DNA from: an uncultured delta proteobacterium
GTDB taxonomy: Bacteria; Desulfobacterota; Binatia; Binatales; Binataceae
Direction of reading: 5' to 3'
Assembly: GCA_963782535.1 (NCBI GenBank)
Contig: CAWAKE010000011.1
Span: 5,520 to 69,519, forward strand
DNA: 64,000 bases
In this document: piece after piece, positions 37,020-47,543 of the stretch
How positions within the stretch are numbered: position 1 is the first letter of the stretch
How the letters are laid out: every line of letters starts with the position of its first letter
Program-made: the position numbers and the translations under genes
The notes under the pieces: model-generated
Told to the model about the DNA's origin: nothing
What the model saw: the letters and a program-made list of their open reading frames with translations, nothing else
The model's database searches: none

Positions 37020-40000
37020 TCAAATCAGTAAAATGTAACCGCTTACCGCCATCGACGACGACTCGCCGATCGCCCGCATATAGAGCCCCAACTGCATCCG
37101 ATATTCCGCCGCGCGCGCTTTGATCTCGTAGTCGGTCTTGAAATCCACCACGATCCATCGCGCCACGCCATCGCGCTCCTCGATGAACGCCAGGTCCGCG
37201 ATACCCTCGACCATGATTGACCGCCGCTCCGTCTCCGCTCCCGTCTTTGTCTCTGCGTTGGCCCCGTCCTTCGCCCCCGCTTCCGCGCCGGCCCCGTCCG
37301 CCGTCGCGACTTCCACCGCCAGCGGCGCTTCCCGCCGCACCACCGTCGCCGCCGCCGCCCGCCGCATCAGCGGCGACTCCAACGCCGCCGCCACCGCGAT
37401 TCGCGCCGCCGCGATCTCTTCGTCCGGCGCGTTGTAAATCCGCCCGGCAAACCGCGCCGCCGCCGCGATCGCGTCCTCCTTCGCGTCGAGCGCGACCTGC
37501 TCCATGATCGCATGAACCAGCGTGCCGAAGCGTTTGCCGCGCGGCCGCCCCGCCGCTCGAACCACCTGCTCGATTTCGATTTGCCCGGCCTCCGCCAGCT
37601 CGCCAATTATTGTACTGGTTCCGGTATCCGCGCCTGCGCCTCCGCCATGAGCGCCCGCCGCCAACTCGGTCGCACTCGCCACGCGCCGCGCCGGCACGCT
37701 GCCCGCCGCGAGCAGATGCTCGCGCCGCTCGCGCCACGCCGTGTACTCGCGATTCCCGCGCTCCGACCGCTCCTTGCGCTGGTCGGCCTCCAGCAGCTTC
37801 GATTGTCTGAGTCCCATCGTCTCGCGCGCGTCGAGCTCCAGTATCGACGGATCCCACCACACCACTCGATTACCCGCGCCGCCTCCCGCCTCCGCCCGAT
37901 GGACCCCAGGCGTCACTCCGGGCGAGCGCGTGTACGCATTATCGGGGCGCGTGCCGGCGATTTCCACGCGGAACTCCGGACAGCCCGCCGCCCGCCGTTC
38001 CAGCGGCGCGCGTGCGTTTTCGGGGGCCGGATAGAGCGCCGGATTGAGCCGCCCGATCCACCCCTCACGACGCTCATCGCCGACCACCGGCGCCACCAGC
38101 AGGTCGCGCGCGCGCGTTGCCGCCACGTACAGCACCCGCACCGCCTCCTCGGCGTCGCGCCGCAGTTCGTCCTCGGCATGCTTTTGCAATTCGTCCGGCG
38201 CCTGCCCGCCGAGCCGTTGCGCACACAACCGCCGCTCCGGATCGACGTAGCGCCGCGCCTCCGCCGCCCCCTCATGACAGGTGATATCGGCCAGGATCAC
38301 CACCGGAAATTCCAGCCCCTTGGCCCGATGCACCGTCATTATCCGCACCCCCTCGGTGCCCTCCTCGACCACCGGCACTTCGCCCGCCTCCTCGCGCTCG
38401 GCCCGTTCCTCCAGGTCCTCGACGAAGCCGCGCAGCGACGACGCCCCGCCCCGCGCCTCGTAGCGCCGCGCCAGATCCATCAGCCGCATCACGTTGGCCA
38501 GCGCCTGCTCCCCGGTCGGCCAGATCGCAAACCCCGCATGCGCCCGCGTGGCGCCCAGCAGCCGCGCGATCGTCTCTGCGATCGGCCGCCGGTTACGCCC
38601 CCGATGGAGTTCGCCGATTATCCCGAGCGCCTCCGCGACCTCGCCGAGCGCCGTCGGCAGCCCCTCGGGCAGCCGCTGAAACGGATTCAGGCTGTGGTGG
38701 CTTTCGCGAAAGCGCAGCAGCGTGCCGTCGGTGATCCCAAACAGCGCCCCGCGCAGCGTCGCGTACAGCGCCAGCTCGTCGTCGGGCCGCTCGATCGCCG
38801 CCAGCGCATTGCGAATCGTCTCGACCTCCTCGCGCAGATGAAACGCGCCGCCGCGCACCAGCACATGCGCCACGTGGCGCGCCTCCAGCGCCCGCACGTA
38901 GTTGCGCGTCACGTCGCGTCCGTACGCATTCAGCCGGCGAAACAGAATACAGATATGCCGCGGCCGCAGCGCCACCCGCCGCGCCGGCGCCTCGCGCTCG
39001 GTGACCGTCCAGCCGCTCTCCTCGACCAGCCAGCGGACCAGCGCCGCGATCGCGTCCGGCAGCGAATCGTCGATACTCCAATTTGTTATATGACCATACT
39101 TACTGTAGGGATTCGGCACCGGCAGCGCGATCACCGCCGGCTGTCCCGCGTAACCCTCGCGATAAGGCTCCAGCGCCACGTACGCCGGCTGGGTCGCCGT
39201 CTCGGCCGCCATCGCCGGCCCGAACGCCGCGTTCACCAGCGCCTGAATTTCGGGCGTCGCGCGAAAGCTCACCGATAAATTCTTCGAGCGCCGCCCCGCG
39301 CTCCAGCAGCCGCCGCTTTATAGCCTGGTACAGCGCCACGTCGGCCCGCCGGAAACGATATATCGATTGTTTCGGGTCGCCCACGATAAACAGCTTCCCC
39401 GCCTGCGGCCGCACCTCCAGCCAGTCGGTCGCCGCCGGATCGTCGGCCGCGAGCAACAGCAATATCTCGGCCTGCAACGGGTCGGTGTCCTGGAACTCAT
39501 CGACGAAAATATGCGTGAAGCGCGCCTGCAGTTCGGCCCGCACCGCCGCATGGTCGCGCACCAGGTCGCGCGCCGTCAGCAGCAGGTCGAGAAAATCCAG
39601 CCGTCCCGCCCGCTGTTTCAGCTCGCGATAGATTTCGACCACCGGCCACAGCTCTTCGCGCAAAAGCGGTGCGAGGTTGGCGCCCGCGCGATCGCGAAAT
39701 TCATGCAGCCGTTTCCGCAGCGCGTCGCGCCGCGCCATTATTTCCGCCCGCGGCCACTCGCCAAAGCGCGCGCCCGCGCCGCGCCAGCGCCAGTAGCGAT
39801 CGTTGCCGCGCACCAGCCGCAACAGCGCCGCCTCCAGCGCGTCGTAGTCGCGCTCGCGCACCGCCTCCAGCCGCGTCGCCTCGCCGATCGCGCCGGCCAG
39901 TCCCTCCAGCGCCCGCCGCAGCCAGTCCTCCGCGTCGCCCTCGCTTGCAAGCTTGCCCAGCGCCTCGATTTCGTCCACCAGCGCGTCGATTTCGCGATCG

Positions 40001-40626
40001 CGCGCGAACTCCTGATACTCCCACGGTGCGTCGAAATCGCGCCATTCGAGCAGGTCCCGTGCCGCCGCCCGCAGCAGCGGCCGCGGCCCCTCGCGATCGG
40101 TCACCTCGGGCCGCCGCAGTAAGCGCCGCAGCCCTTCGCCCGGATTGGCCAGCGCCGCCTCGAACCAGCGATCGAAGGCCGCTTCGAAAATCGCCGAGGT
40201 CGCGTCCTCGGCCGCCACCTCGAACATCGGATCGACCGCCGCCTCGACCGGCCGCTCGCGCAGCAGGTCGGCGCAAAACGAATGGATCGTGCCGATCCGC
40301 GCCTCTTCGAGTTTTTCCAGCGAGGCCGTCAGCCGCTCGCGCGCCGCAGCGTCGCCGGCCTGATGGCGTCCGCGTTCGATCTCGGCGCGCAGCCGCAACT
40401 TGAGCTCGCCCGCCGCCTTCTCGGTGAAGGTCACCGCCACCACCCGGTCGAGTTCGCTCAGCCCGCTCGCGATCACCGCGACGATCCGGCTTACCAGCGC
40501 CGTGGTCTTGCCGGTGCCGGCCGCCGCCTCGATTATCAGCGTGGTTCCGAGGTCGCTGCGAATCCGTTCGCGCACGCGCTCGTCGGCCGGCGCCGAGACC
40601 GCCCCGCCTGCCGCCGCCGCACTCAT
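37020..40626 (-). pseudogene. addA: AddA-type UvrD/Rep-family helicase with C-terminal PD-(D/E)XK nuclease; frame broken by an apparent 1-nt insertion near 39276-39278
   Basis: ORF 39100..40626 carries Walker A AAAGTGKTT and FIVGDPKQSIYRFRRAD, then turns into Gly/Arg junk. ORF 37020..39272 continues with ..SVSFRATPEIQALVNAAF, VHRAKGLEFPVVIL and the nuclease motif WIVVDFKTD. Removing one T from GAAGAATTTATCGG restores ..AALEELSVSFRATPEIQ.. Confidence 0.8.
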
Positions 40627-43600
40627 CGGAGCTCCCGCAGCCGCGTCAGGTTCGCCAGCCGCTCGGCCACGCTCTTGGCCGCCGTCTTGTATTCGACCCG
40701 GATATTTTCATACGGGCCGCACACCCGCCGGTAGTCGCAATAGTCGCACTCGCGCGCGCCCGGCGCCGCCGGCAGAAATCCCTCGGCCAGCGCCGCCCCG
40801 ATTACCGCGCTGAAGTCTGCCGCTGCCGCCCGCGCCGCCGCGTCGATCGCGACCACGCGCTCCTCGTAGCCGCCCGCCGCCGTGCAGTAGTAAAGCCGCC
40901 CCGCCTCGACCGGCTCGCCCAGTATCCGTTCGGCCGCCAGCGCGTAGAGCACCGGCTGCAGGATCTTGCCGCCGCCGATTATCACGTCGCGATTCGCCCG
41001 CACCCGGCCGGTCTTATGGTCGGTCACGCGCACCGACTGATCCGCGCCGCGCTCAATCAGGTCGATCGACCCGCGCAGCCGCAGCCCGATTTCGAGCTCG
41101 ATCGGTTCGGTCACGCTGGCCGGGTCGGCCTGCCCGCGATCGGCCAGCCCAAAGCCCAGCTCGAAGCGCTCCGGACGCCAGCGCGTCGCCTCGGCCGCGC
41201 TGCGCCGCAGCCATTCGCGCAAGTCGGCCCGAATCGCATCGATCCCGTCGAGCCATACCCGCTCGATCGCCGGCGCCAATTGCTCGCGATAGCGCGCCGC
41301 CACTGCCGCCAGCGTCGCTTCCAGCGCGGCCTGCCCGGCTTCGAGCGTCTCCGGCGTCACCGGCAAATGTCCCGCGTCGCGATACGCCGACAGGAACTCG
41401 AACTGGACCTCATGAAAAAGCGCGCCGCGCGTCAGCGGGTCGATCACTTCGATCCGCTCGATCTCCTCGCGCGGCGTCAGCCGATGTATCGCCTGCAAAA
41501 AGAACCGGTACGGGCACGCCGCGTAATTCTGCAGCGCGGTCGGCGAATAAGATCGCGCCGCCAGCTGATGGCGTTCCAGCGCCGCCCGCTCCTCTGCGTC
41601 CGGCGCATCTGGATAGACCAGCCCGTCGTTCGGCGTCCAGCGCCTGAGCCAGCGCCGCGCCCGCGCCCGCAGCGCCCGTCCCAGATGGGGATTGGCGGCC
41701 AGCAGATAATGGGCCGCGCCCGCCGTCGCTGCTGGGTCGGCGTCCACCAGCTTATCGAGCACCGCCAAGTCGAATTCGGCGTCGTCGATCGCGTCGGCAG
41801 GATTCACCGGCGCCGGCCATCCCAGCCGCGCCGGACGATCGCCCGCCGCGCGCCGCGCCAGCTCGTCGAAGCCCGGCAGCCGGCCCTCGGCCGCGCGGAA
41901 AATCTCGAGCGCGTAAAACGACGGCACCCGCGGCCGCCCCTGGTCCAGATCCACTCGCGGATACGACAGCACCGTGCGCCGCCGCGCCGCCCCCACCGCC
42001 AGCCTGAGCGCCAGCCGCTCGCTCGCCGCGCGCTCCGCCTGCAACGGCAGCGCGGGCGCGAGCCGCCGCCGCGCGGCGTCGGGCAGAATCGGATCCTCGA
42101 CCAGCTTTTTCGGAAATACCCGCTCGACCAGCCCCGGTACGATCGTGATTTCGAACTCCATCCCGCGCAGATCGCCGGCCGCCGCCACGTAAACCGCGCC
42201 GTAGCGCCGCCGCCGCGCCCGCCCGCCGAGCCGCCCGAGCCGATCGCCCAACGCGATCCGCACCTCGCCGAGCGTCACCGGCCCGATCGGTCCGAGCAAG
42301 TCGAGGTCGGCCAGCTCGCTCATTATTTCGTCGCGGTCGCGGATCGCCAGCAGCGTCAGCGCCCGCAGCGCGTCGAGCCACTTCGCCCAGCTCGCACTTT
42401 TGGGCAGCGCCGCCAGCGCCTCGATTAGCGGCAGCGCCAGATCGCGCAAATGTTCCAGATCGCCCAGATTCCGATCGAGCGCAGCCGCCCGGCCGTCGTC
42501 CTCGCGATCGAGCGCCGCGCGCTGCATTCGCATCTCGGCCTCGAGTCCCGCCAACCGCCGCGCCCAGCGCTCGCGGCTCCCGATCACCGCCGCCTCGATC
42601 AATAATTTTTCCCAGCGCCACGGCGCCCGCGCGGCGTGCGCCGCCTCTGCCTCGGGCCCGGCTTCACCCGCAGTTTGCCGCATTGCGGCGCCGCTCGCGC
42701 CGGCGTAAGCGCTGTCGCCGACCGGCGCAGCGGTCGCAAATTCGCCCGCCGGCGTCACCAAATCGCCGTCGAGCGTACTCGCCGCCGCGCCTGGCTCGCG
42801 CACCTGCCCGAGCGACAGGTATTCGGCGAAACGCCGCGCCGAAAGATTCTCGGCCGCGCACGCCAGCAACGCCAGCAGCGCGCGTCCGCCCGGCTCGGGC
42901 CGCGCCGTCCCGCGTACGAAATAGGCCGGCACCCCCGCCCGATCCAGCGCTTCTTCCAGATAGGGCGCATAACGCGACCCCCGCGGGACCGCCACCGCCA
43001 TTCGATCGAACGCCACCCCCGCGCGCGCCTCGGCCTGAATTCGCCGCGCGACCTCGACGCATTCCTGCATCTCGCCCGCCGCCGAAAATACCGTCACCGT
43101 GTCGTCGAGCGCGCGCTCGGCCGGCGCGCTATCGGCAAACAGATATTCCTGCAACCGCCCGAGCGAAGATTCTTCCGCGCCGGCCGCGTCCGCCGCGTCT
43201 GCCGTACCCGCCGGACTTGCCGTACTTGCGCCACGCGCCGCAGCCGCGCCGCCTGAAACTTCCACGCTGACACCGAGCGCCTGTTCGAGCATCTCGCGCG
43301 AACCTTCGTCGCCGGCTGCGACCGTGGCGAGCAGCCGCGGCGTCCGCGCCGCGAGCGCCGCCACCAGATCGCGCTCGCACAGATTTTCCAGCGGCAGATC
43401 GAGCAGCAACGTCGGGATTCCCGCCAGCGGCGGCGCCGCCGCACCTGCCGCCAGCGCGGCAATCGCGTAATCGATCGTCGCCGCCCGATCGGCCAGATGT
43501 GCTGCCGCCAACTCCTCGTCGAACTGGCGCAGCAGCACCGCGAGCGACGCGCCGCCCCCGTGGAGCGCCGCCAGCGCCTGCGGCGCCACCCGATACAGAC

Positions 43601-43997
43601 TGAGCTCGCGCTGCGTAGCCGCCAGCGCCGTGGCGAAGCCCGGATAGTTCATCACGCTGTCGAAATACGAGGCCTCGCCGCGCCCGCGCAGGCTGAACAC
43701 CGCGCGCGCCGCGATCGCCGTCGCACTCGCGCCGGTCAGCGGCAGCACTCCATCGGCCGCCATCCTCCGCGACGCCAGCATGAAAACCAGCCGGTCCAGC
43801 GTCATCCGATGGATTCCAAAACTCGCGCCGCGCGCCCCCGTCACCGCGCGCACCAGGTCGTCGGCCGCCGCCGGATTGTTCGCCACCACCAGCGCCTCGC
43901 CGCCCGGCGGCACCGCCGCAATAAACTCGCGCGCCGCCGCGATCCGCTCTTCGGCCCGCGCAGCGTAAACAATCATTTTGGTAGAATCCGATGGCAT
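40623..43997 (-). CDS. addB: AddB-type recombination nuclease subunit with C-terminal PD-(D/E)XK domain and 4-Cys cluster
   Basis: 1124 aa with the nuclease motif VRVTDHKTG..ILQPVLYALA and the cysteine staple YYC..ECDYCDYRRVC. The stop overlaps the addA start (ATGA 40623-40626). Confidence 0.8.
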   Translation of the reverse strand: MPSDSTKMIVYAARAEERIAAAREFIAAVPPGGEALVVANNPAAADDLVRAVTGARGASFGIHRMTLDRLVFMLASRRMAADGVLPLTGASATAIAARAVFSLRGRGEASYFDSVMNYPGFATALAATQRELSLYRVAPQALAALHGGGASLAVLLRQFDEELAAAHLADRAATIDYAIAALAAGAAAPPLAGIPTLLLDLPLENLCERDLVAALAARTPRLLATVAAGDEGSREMLEQALGVSVEVSGGAAAARGASTASPAGTADAADAAGAEESSLGRLQEYLFADSAPAERALDDTVTVFSAAGEMQECVEVARRIQAEARAGVAFDRMAVAVPRGSRYAPYLEEALDRAGVPAYFVRGTARPEPGGRALLALLACAAENLSARRFAEYLSLGQVREPGAAASTLDGDLVTPAGEFATAAPVGDSAYAGASGAAMRQTAGEAGPEAEAAHAARAPWRWEKLLIEAAVIGSRERWARRLAGLEAEMRMQRAALDREDDGRAAALDRNLGDLEHLRDLALPLIEALAALPKSASWAKWLDALRALTLLAIRDRDEIMSELADLDLLGPIGPVTLGEVRIALGDRLGRLGGRARRRRYGAVYVAAAGDLRGMEFEITIVPGLVERVFPKKLVEDPILPDAARRRLAPALPLQAERAASERLALRLAVGAARRRTVLSYPRVDLDQGRPRVPSFYALEIFRAAEGRLPGFDELARRAAGDRPARLGWPAPVNPADAIDDAEFDLAVLDKLVDADPAATAGAAHYLLAANPHLGRALRARARRWLRRWTPNDGLVYPDAPDAEERAALERHQLAARSYSPTALQNYAACPYRFFLQAIHRLTPREEIERIEVIDPLTRGALFHEVQFEFLSAYRDAGHLPVTPETLEAGQAALEATLAAVAARYREQLAPAIERVWLDGIDAIRADLREWLRRSAAEATRWRPERFELGFGLADRGQADPASVTEPIELEIGLRLRGSIDLIERGADQSVRVTDHKTGRVRANRDVIIGGGKILQPVLYALAAERILGEPVEAGRLYYCTAAGGYEERVVAIDAAARAAAADFSAVIGAALAEGFLPAAPGARECDYCDYRRVCGPYENIRVEYKTAAKSVAERLANLTRLRELR

Positions 43998-44238
43998 CGA
44001 GAGGCTACGCGCTCAAATCAATACTTTGTCATGCAATAATGCCGACAACAGCGCTTGGGTAGGTCCAATCTACAGCACCCGCGCCGCCCACCCAACCAGG
44101 ATTCCGCACCAGGCGAAAATCGTGGGGGTGAAATCCGTCATTTTTGCCGGCCCACCCCGCGACCCGCCGACACCCCGCGCACCTCCGCACCGCCTCAGCA
44201 AGTCGTCAGCGGGACATCAGCGAGGCGTCAGCAAGAGA

Positions 44239-45087
44239 TCAGGCGGACAGGTACACCGCGTCGCCGACGCTCACCGCGCCCGCCGCGCCGATCGATGCGA
44301 ACACCCCGACCGTGGCTTTGTGATATTGCGCGGCGGCCCGGATAATCCGCAGGTCGCGTCCGAGCTCTTCCTGCCGATGGGTGGTCATCACGCAGCGCAG
44401 CGCCGGATGCATCGCGACGATCTTTACCGCGCCCTCGCCAACTTCCAGCGTCTGCCCGAGCCATTCGTCCTCGACGAAGCCGTCGGCGCGCTCGCCGGTA
44501 TCGACCACGATGTTCGGACGAAAGCGGCGGGCGTCGAGCTGCGCGCCTTCGCCGACCAGCGAGCGCATGTGCGCCAGCGTGCCGGTCGCCAGCACGTGCA
44601 TCGTGGCGGAATCGAAGAAGGTACCGTTCATCAGCGAGAAGCTGTCGGGCATGGTTGCGAGGTTGAGCTGCGGCATCACGTTCTCGATCGCGACGTCGCC
44701 GAAGATCGTCGCGGGGTCGATCCCGGCGCGCGTATGCTGGCTTGCCTGCGCGCGCCCGATTACCACTTCGCGGCCGAGCGCGGCCGACAGTTGCACCGCC
44801 GCGTCGTCATCGGCGGCGTGCAGCACGCGCCCGTCTGGCAACTGAATCCGGATCGGCGCGGAGTCGCCGGCCTGCGGCGGCGACTCGTAGGCCGCGCGCA
44901 GATCCAGCATCTGCGGGAATTTTTTGGCGCTGACGATCTTGCCGTTGGCGCACTCGCGCAACGCCCACGCGCGGTCGCCCACGACGCCGCGCTCGCCAAT
45001 CTCGAAGCGCTCGAGGCGCTCGCCCAACATGGATTTCACCGGGTAGCGGAAGAGTTCCTTGACGATGCCGATTTGACGCCGTTGCAC
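44239..45087 (-). CDS. MOSC domain-containing protein (N-terminal beta-barrel plus MOSC)
   Basis: Has QRRQIGIVKELFRYPVKSMLGERL..GDRAWAL..RFRPNIVVD..C(V)MTT. The GTG start directly abuts the stop of the upstream paralogue, with AGGAG 8 nt upstream. Confidence 0.85.
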   Translation of the reverse strand: MQRRQIGIVKELFRYPVKSMLGERLERFEIGERGVVGDRAWALRECANGKIVSAKKFPQMLDLRAAYESPPQAGDSAPIRIQLPDGRVLHAADDDAAVQLSAALGREVVIGRAQASQHTRAGIDPATIFGDVAIENVMPQLNLATMPDSFSLMNGTFFDSATMHVLATGTLAHMRSLVGEGAQLDARRFRPNIVVDTGERADGFVEDEWLGQTLEVGEGAVKIVAMHPALRCVMTTHRQEELGRDLRIIRAAAQYHKATVGVFASIGAAGAVSVGDAVYLSA

Positions 45088-45930
45088 TTAGTCAGCTCCT
45101 GTCCCAATTTCCCGCAAGTAAATCGGATCGCCGATTCGAATCGCGCCCTGCGCGCCGACCGCCGCGAAGATGCCCGCGTAGGCCCGATGATACTGCCACG
45201 CGGTGCGCAGGATCGCGGGGTCGTGCAGCAGTTCGTCCTGCGGATGCGTGGTTATCGCACATCGCAGTGCCGGGCGCATCCCGACGATTCGCGCGTTCTC
45301 ACCGACTTCGATTATCCCGTCGAGCCACTGGTCCTCGACGAAGCGGTCGGCGCCGGCGCCGGTATCGACGAGAACGTTGGCGCGAAAGCGGCGCGGGTCG
45401 AAGTCGGAGGCGCCGCCGGCGAGTGCGCGCAGATGGGCGAGGGTGCCGGTCGCGATCAGGTGCATAACGTCTTCGTCGAAGTAGTCGCGCGCCGGCGGCA
45501 TCGAATCGCCGCGCATGATCGCTTCGCGTTGCTCCGGCGTGATCGGCGCGCGGTGCACGCGCTCGAGGCGGACTTCGCGCCGCAGGAAATCGGACAGCAC
45601 GCGTGACGCGACGGTATCGCCAGCGTGAATAATTGAACCGTCGGGCATCTCGATGCGGACGCGCGCGTCGCCGTCGGCGCGCGGATCGCTGGAGTCGGCT
45701 GTCGGATCCTGCGTCCAGGCGGCGCGCAACTGGAGCATCGCGGGCCACGCTCGTGCGCTCACGATACCGCCGTACTCGCATTCCCGCAGCGCCCACTGGC
45801 GATCGCCGGCCAGCCCGTGAGGCGTCACGGTGGCGGCGGAAAGGGCTTCACCGCGCATCGATTTGACCGGGTAGCGCCACAGCGCCGCGACCACTCCGAT
45901 TTGCCGCCGTTGCGTTTTCTGCGAGTTCAA
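45088..45930 (-). CDS. MOSC domain-containing protein, tandem paralogue
   Basis: Has QRRQIGVVAALWRYPVKSMRGEAL..GDRQWAL..RFRANVLVD. Start taken at TTG 45930 (GGAG 8 nt upstream). The longer ORF to 46173 is not protein-like. Confidence 0.75.
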   Translation of the reverse strand: MNSQKTQRRQIGVVAALWRYPVKSMRGEALSAATVTPHGLAGDRQWALRECEYGGIVSARAWPAMLQLRAAWTQDPTADSSDPRADGDARVRIEMPDGSIIHAGDTVASRVLSDFLRREVRLERVHRAPITPEQREAIMRGDSMPPARDYFDEDVMHLIATGTLAHLRALAGGASDFDPRRFRANVLVDTGAGADRFVEDQWLDGIIEVGENARIVGMRPALRCAITTHPQDELLHDPAILRTAWQYHRAYAGIFAAVGAQGAIRIGDPIYLREIGTGAD

Positions 45931-46093
45931 TCCATGCGCTCCGACCGGATTCCGCTGAACCGATAGACTAGGCGAATCTACGAAATACCGGCGACGATGT
46001 ACAATTGGGCCGCGGTAGTTTGCGGGCGTGCGGAGCGCCAGGATCCACCTTGCCGCGCGCCGCCGACTGCGGACATAATGGTCCAGTCCGGAG

Positions 46094-46834
46094 ATGCGCC
46101 TGATGGCTGAGCGAACGTGCGCGATGGTAGTCGTGGGCAACGAGATCCTGTCCGGCAAGGTGCAGGACAGCAATGCCTATTTTGCCGCGCGCGAGCTGCG
46201 CCGGCTGGGAGTTGCGTTAATGCGAATCGCAGTCGTGCCCGACGAAATTCCTGCGATCGCCACCGAGGTCGCCCACTGCGCGAAGGGCTTCGACTTCGTG
46301 CTGACTTCGGGCGGCGTCGGCCCGACCCATGACGACATTACGATCGAGGCGGTGGCGGCGGCATTTGGCCGCAAGGTCGTGATCGATCCCGAGTTGCGCC
46401 GGATCGTCGAGCGCCATTTTACCGGCGGACTGAACGCGGCCGGGCTCAAGATGGCCGAAGTTCCCGAGGGCGCCGTGCTGATTTCGGCGGGCGACGTGCG
46501 CTTTCCGACCGTGCAGCTCAAGAACGTCTATATCCTGCCGGGAATTCCGCAGATCTTCGAAACCAAGCTGACCGCGCTCAAGGGACGTTTCGCGACCGAC
46601 CCGTACTACATCCGCACGATTTATCTGAACTCCAGTGAAGGCCTGATCGCCGAACATCTGAACCGATGCCTGAAACTTTATCCGGAGCTGCTGCTGGGAT
46701 CGTACCCGCGGATCGGGAGCGCCGAGTACCGGATTAAGCTGACGCTCGAGTCCAAGGATAACGACTATCTGAAACTTGCTTTCGACTGCCTGATGGGATT
46801 GCTTCCGAAGGATGCGGTGTTGAAGTTCGAATAG
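46094..46834 (+). CDS. molybdopterin-binding (MoCF-biosynthesis/CinA N-terminal-like) domain protein
   Basis: Has VVVGNEILSGKVQDSNAYFAARELRRLG..VLTSGGVGPTHDDIT, the classic MoaB/MogA/CinA-N fold signature. It is divergent from the MOSC pair. Confidence 0.75.
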   Translation: MRLMAERTCAMVVVGNEILSGKVQDSNAYFAARELRRLGVALMRIAVVPDEIPAIATEVAHCAKGFDFVLTSGGVGPTHDDITIEAVAAAFGRKVVIDPELRRIVERHFTGGLNAAGLKMAEVPEGAVLISAGDVRFPTVQLKNVYILPGIPQIFETKLTALKGRFATDPYYIRTIYLNSSEGLIAEHLNRCLKLYPELLLGSYPRIGSAEYRIKLTLESKDNDYLKLAFDCLMGLLPKDAVLKFE

Positions 46835-46874
46835 TTAAGTATCAGTTTTTTTGGGTGGGGGAGGAGGAAGGAAC

Positions 46875-47543
46875 ATGAGGAAAGCAAACGCAACGATGAT
46901 CGCGACAGCGATCGCCCTGGCACTCGCGCTGCCCGCGGGTGCGCTGGCTCAGAACACTCCGAACAATGGCAGCGGCCCGGCGGTAGTTTCGCCGCTGCAG
47001 TTGCCCGGCACGGCCGCTGCGCCGCAGGCACAGGTGCCGCAGCCCCAGGATCAGCCCGGGGTTAACTGGAAGGGCGTCGGGGTCGGCGCCGGCACGGTGG
47101 TCGGTAATGTCCTGTACATCCCGGCGAAGCTGGTTTACGGGATTCTCGGCGGAGTGGCCGGCGGCGCCGGATGGGCGCTGACGGGCGGCAACACGCAGGT
47201 CGCCAATACTATCTGGCGCAGCTCGCTCGGCGGCGATTATGTGCTGACGCCGAGCATGGTGGCAGGACAGGACCCCGTCCATTTCAGCGGACCGACCACG
47301 ACCGCTACGCAACCGCTGCCGGCGGCGCCGCAGGTATCGTCGGCCTACAGCAACACCCCGACCGGCATGAGCAGTGCGCCCATGAGCAGTGCGCCCATGA
47401 GCAGTGCACCGATGAGCGCCGCACCCGCGGCGGGCGGCGCGATCGCCAGCGGGACCCATCCGATGGACAGCGGCGCGGGGCCGGTGAATCGAGGCGGATC
47501 GTCGCGGCTTTCGGGCCCGCTGCCGAGCACCAGTATCGAGTAG
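46875..47543 (+). CDS. secreted hypothetical protein with Gly-rich hydrophobic core and C-terminal MSSAP tandem repeat
   Basis: GGAGGAGGAAGG lies before ATG 46875. Has the signal peptide MRKANATMIATAIALALALPAGALA and 4 x 15-bp repeats at 47367-47426. Confidence 0.6.
   Translation: MRKANATMIATAIALALALPAGALAQNTPNNGSGPAVVSPLQLPGTAAAPQAQVPQPQDQPGVNWKGVGVGAGTVVGNVLYIPAKLVYGILGGVAGGAGWALTGGNTQVANTIWRSSLGGDYVLTPSMVAGQDPVHFSGPTTTATQPLPAAPQVSSAYSNTPTGMSSAPMSSAPMSSAPMSAAPAAGGAIASGTHPMDSGAGPVNRGGSSRLSGPLPSTSIE

Noticed and set aside
37512-39278. 588-aa plus-strand ORF, with similar ORFs at 41016..42428 and 43978..45606, opposite addA, addB and the MOSC genes
   Set aside because: The translations are extremely Arg/Pro/His-rich with no motifs. 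They are antisense to well-supported genes.
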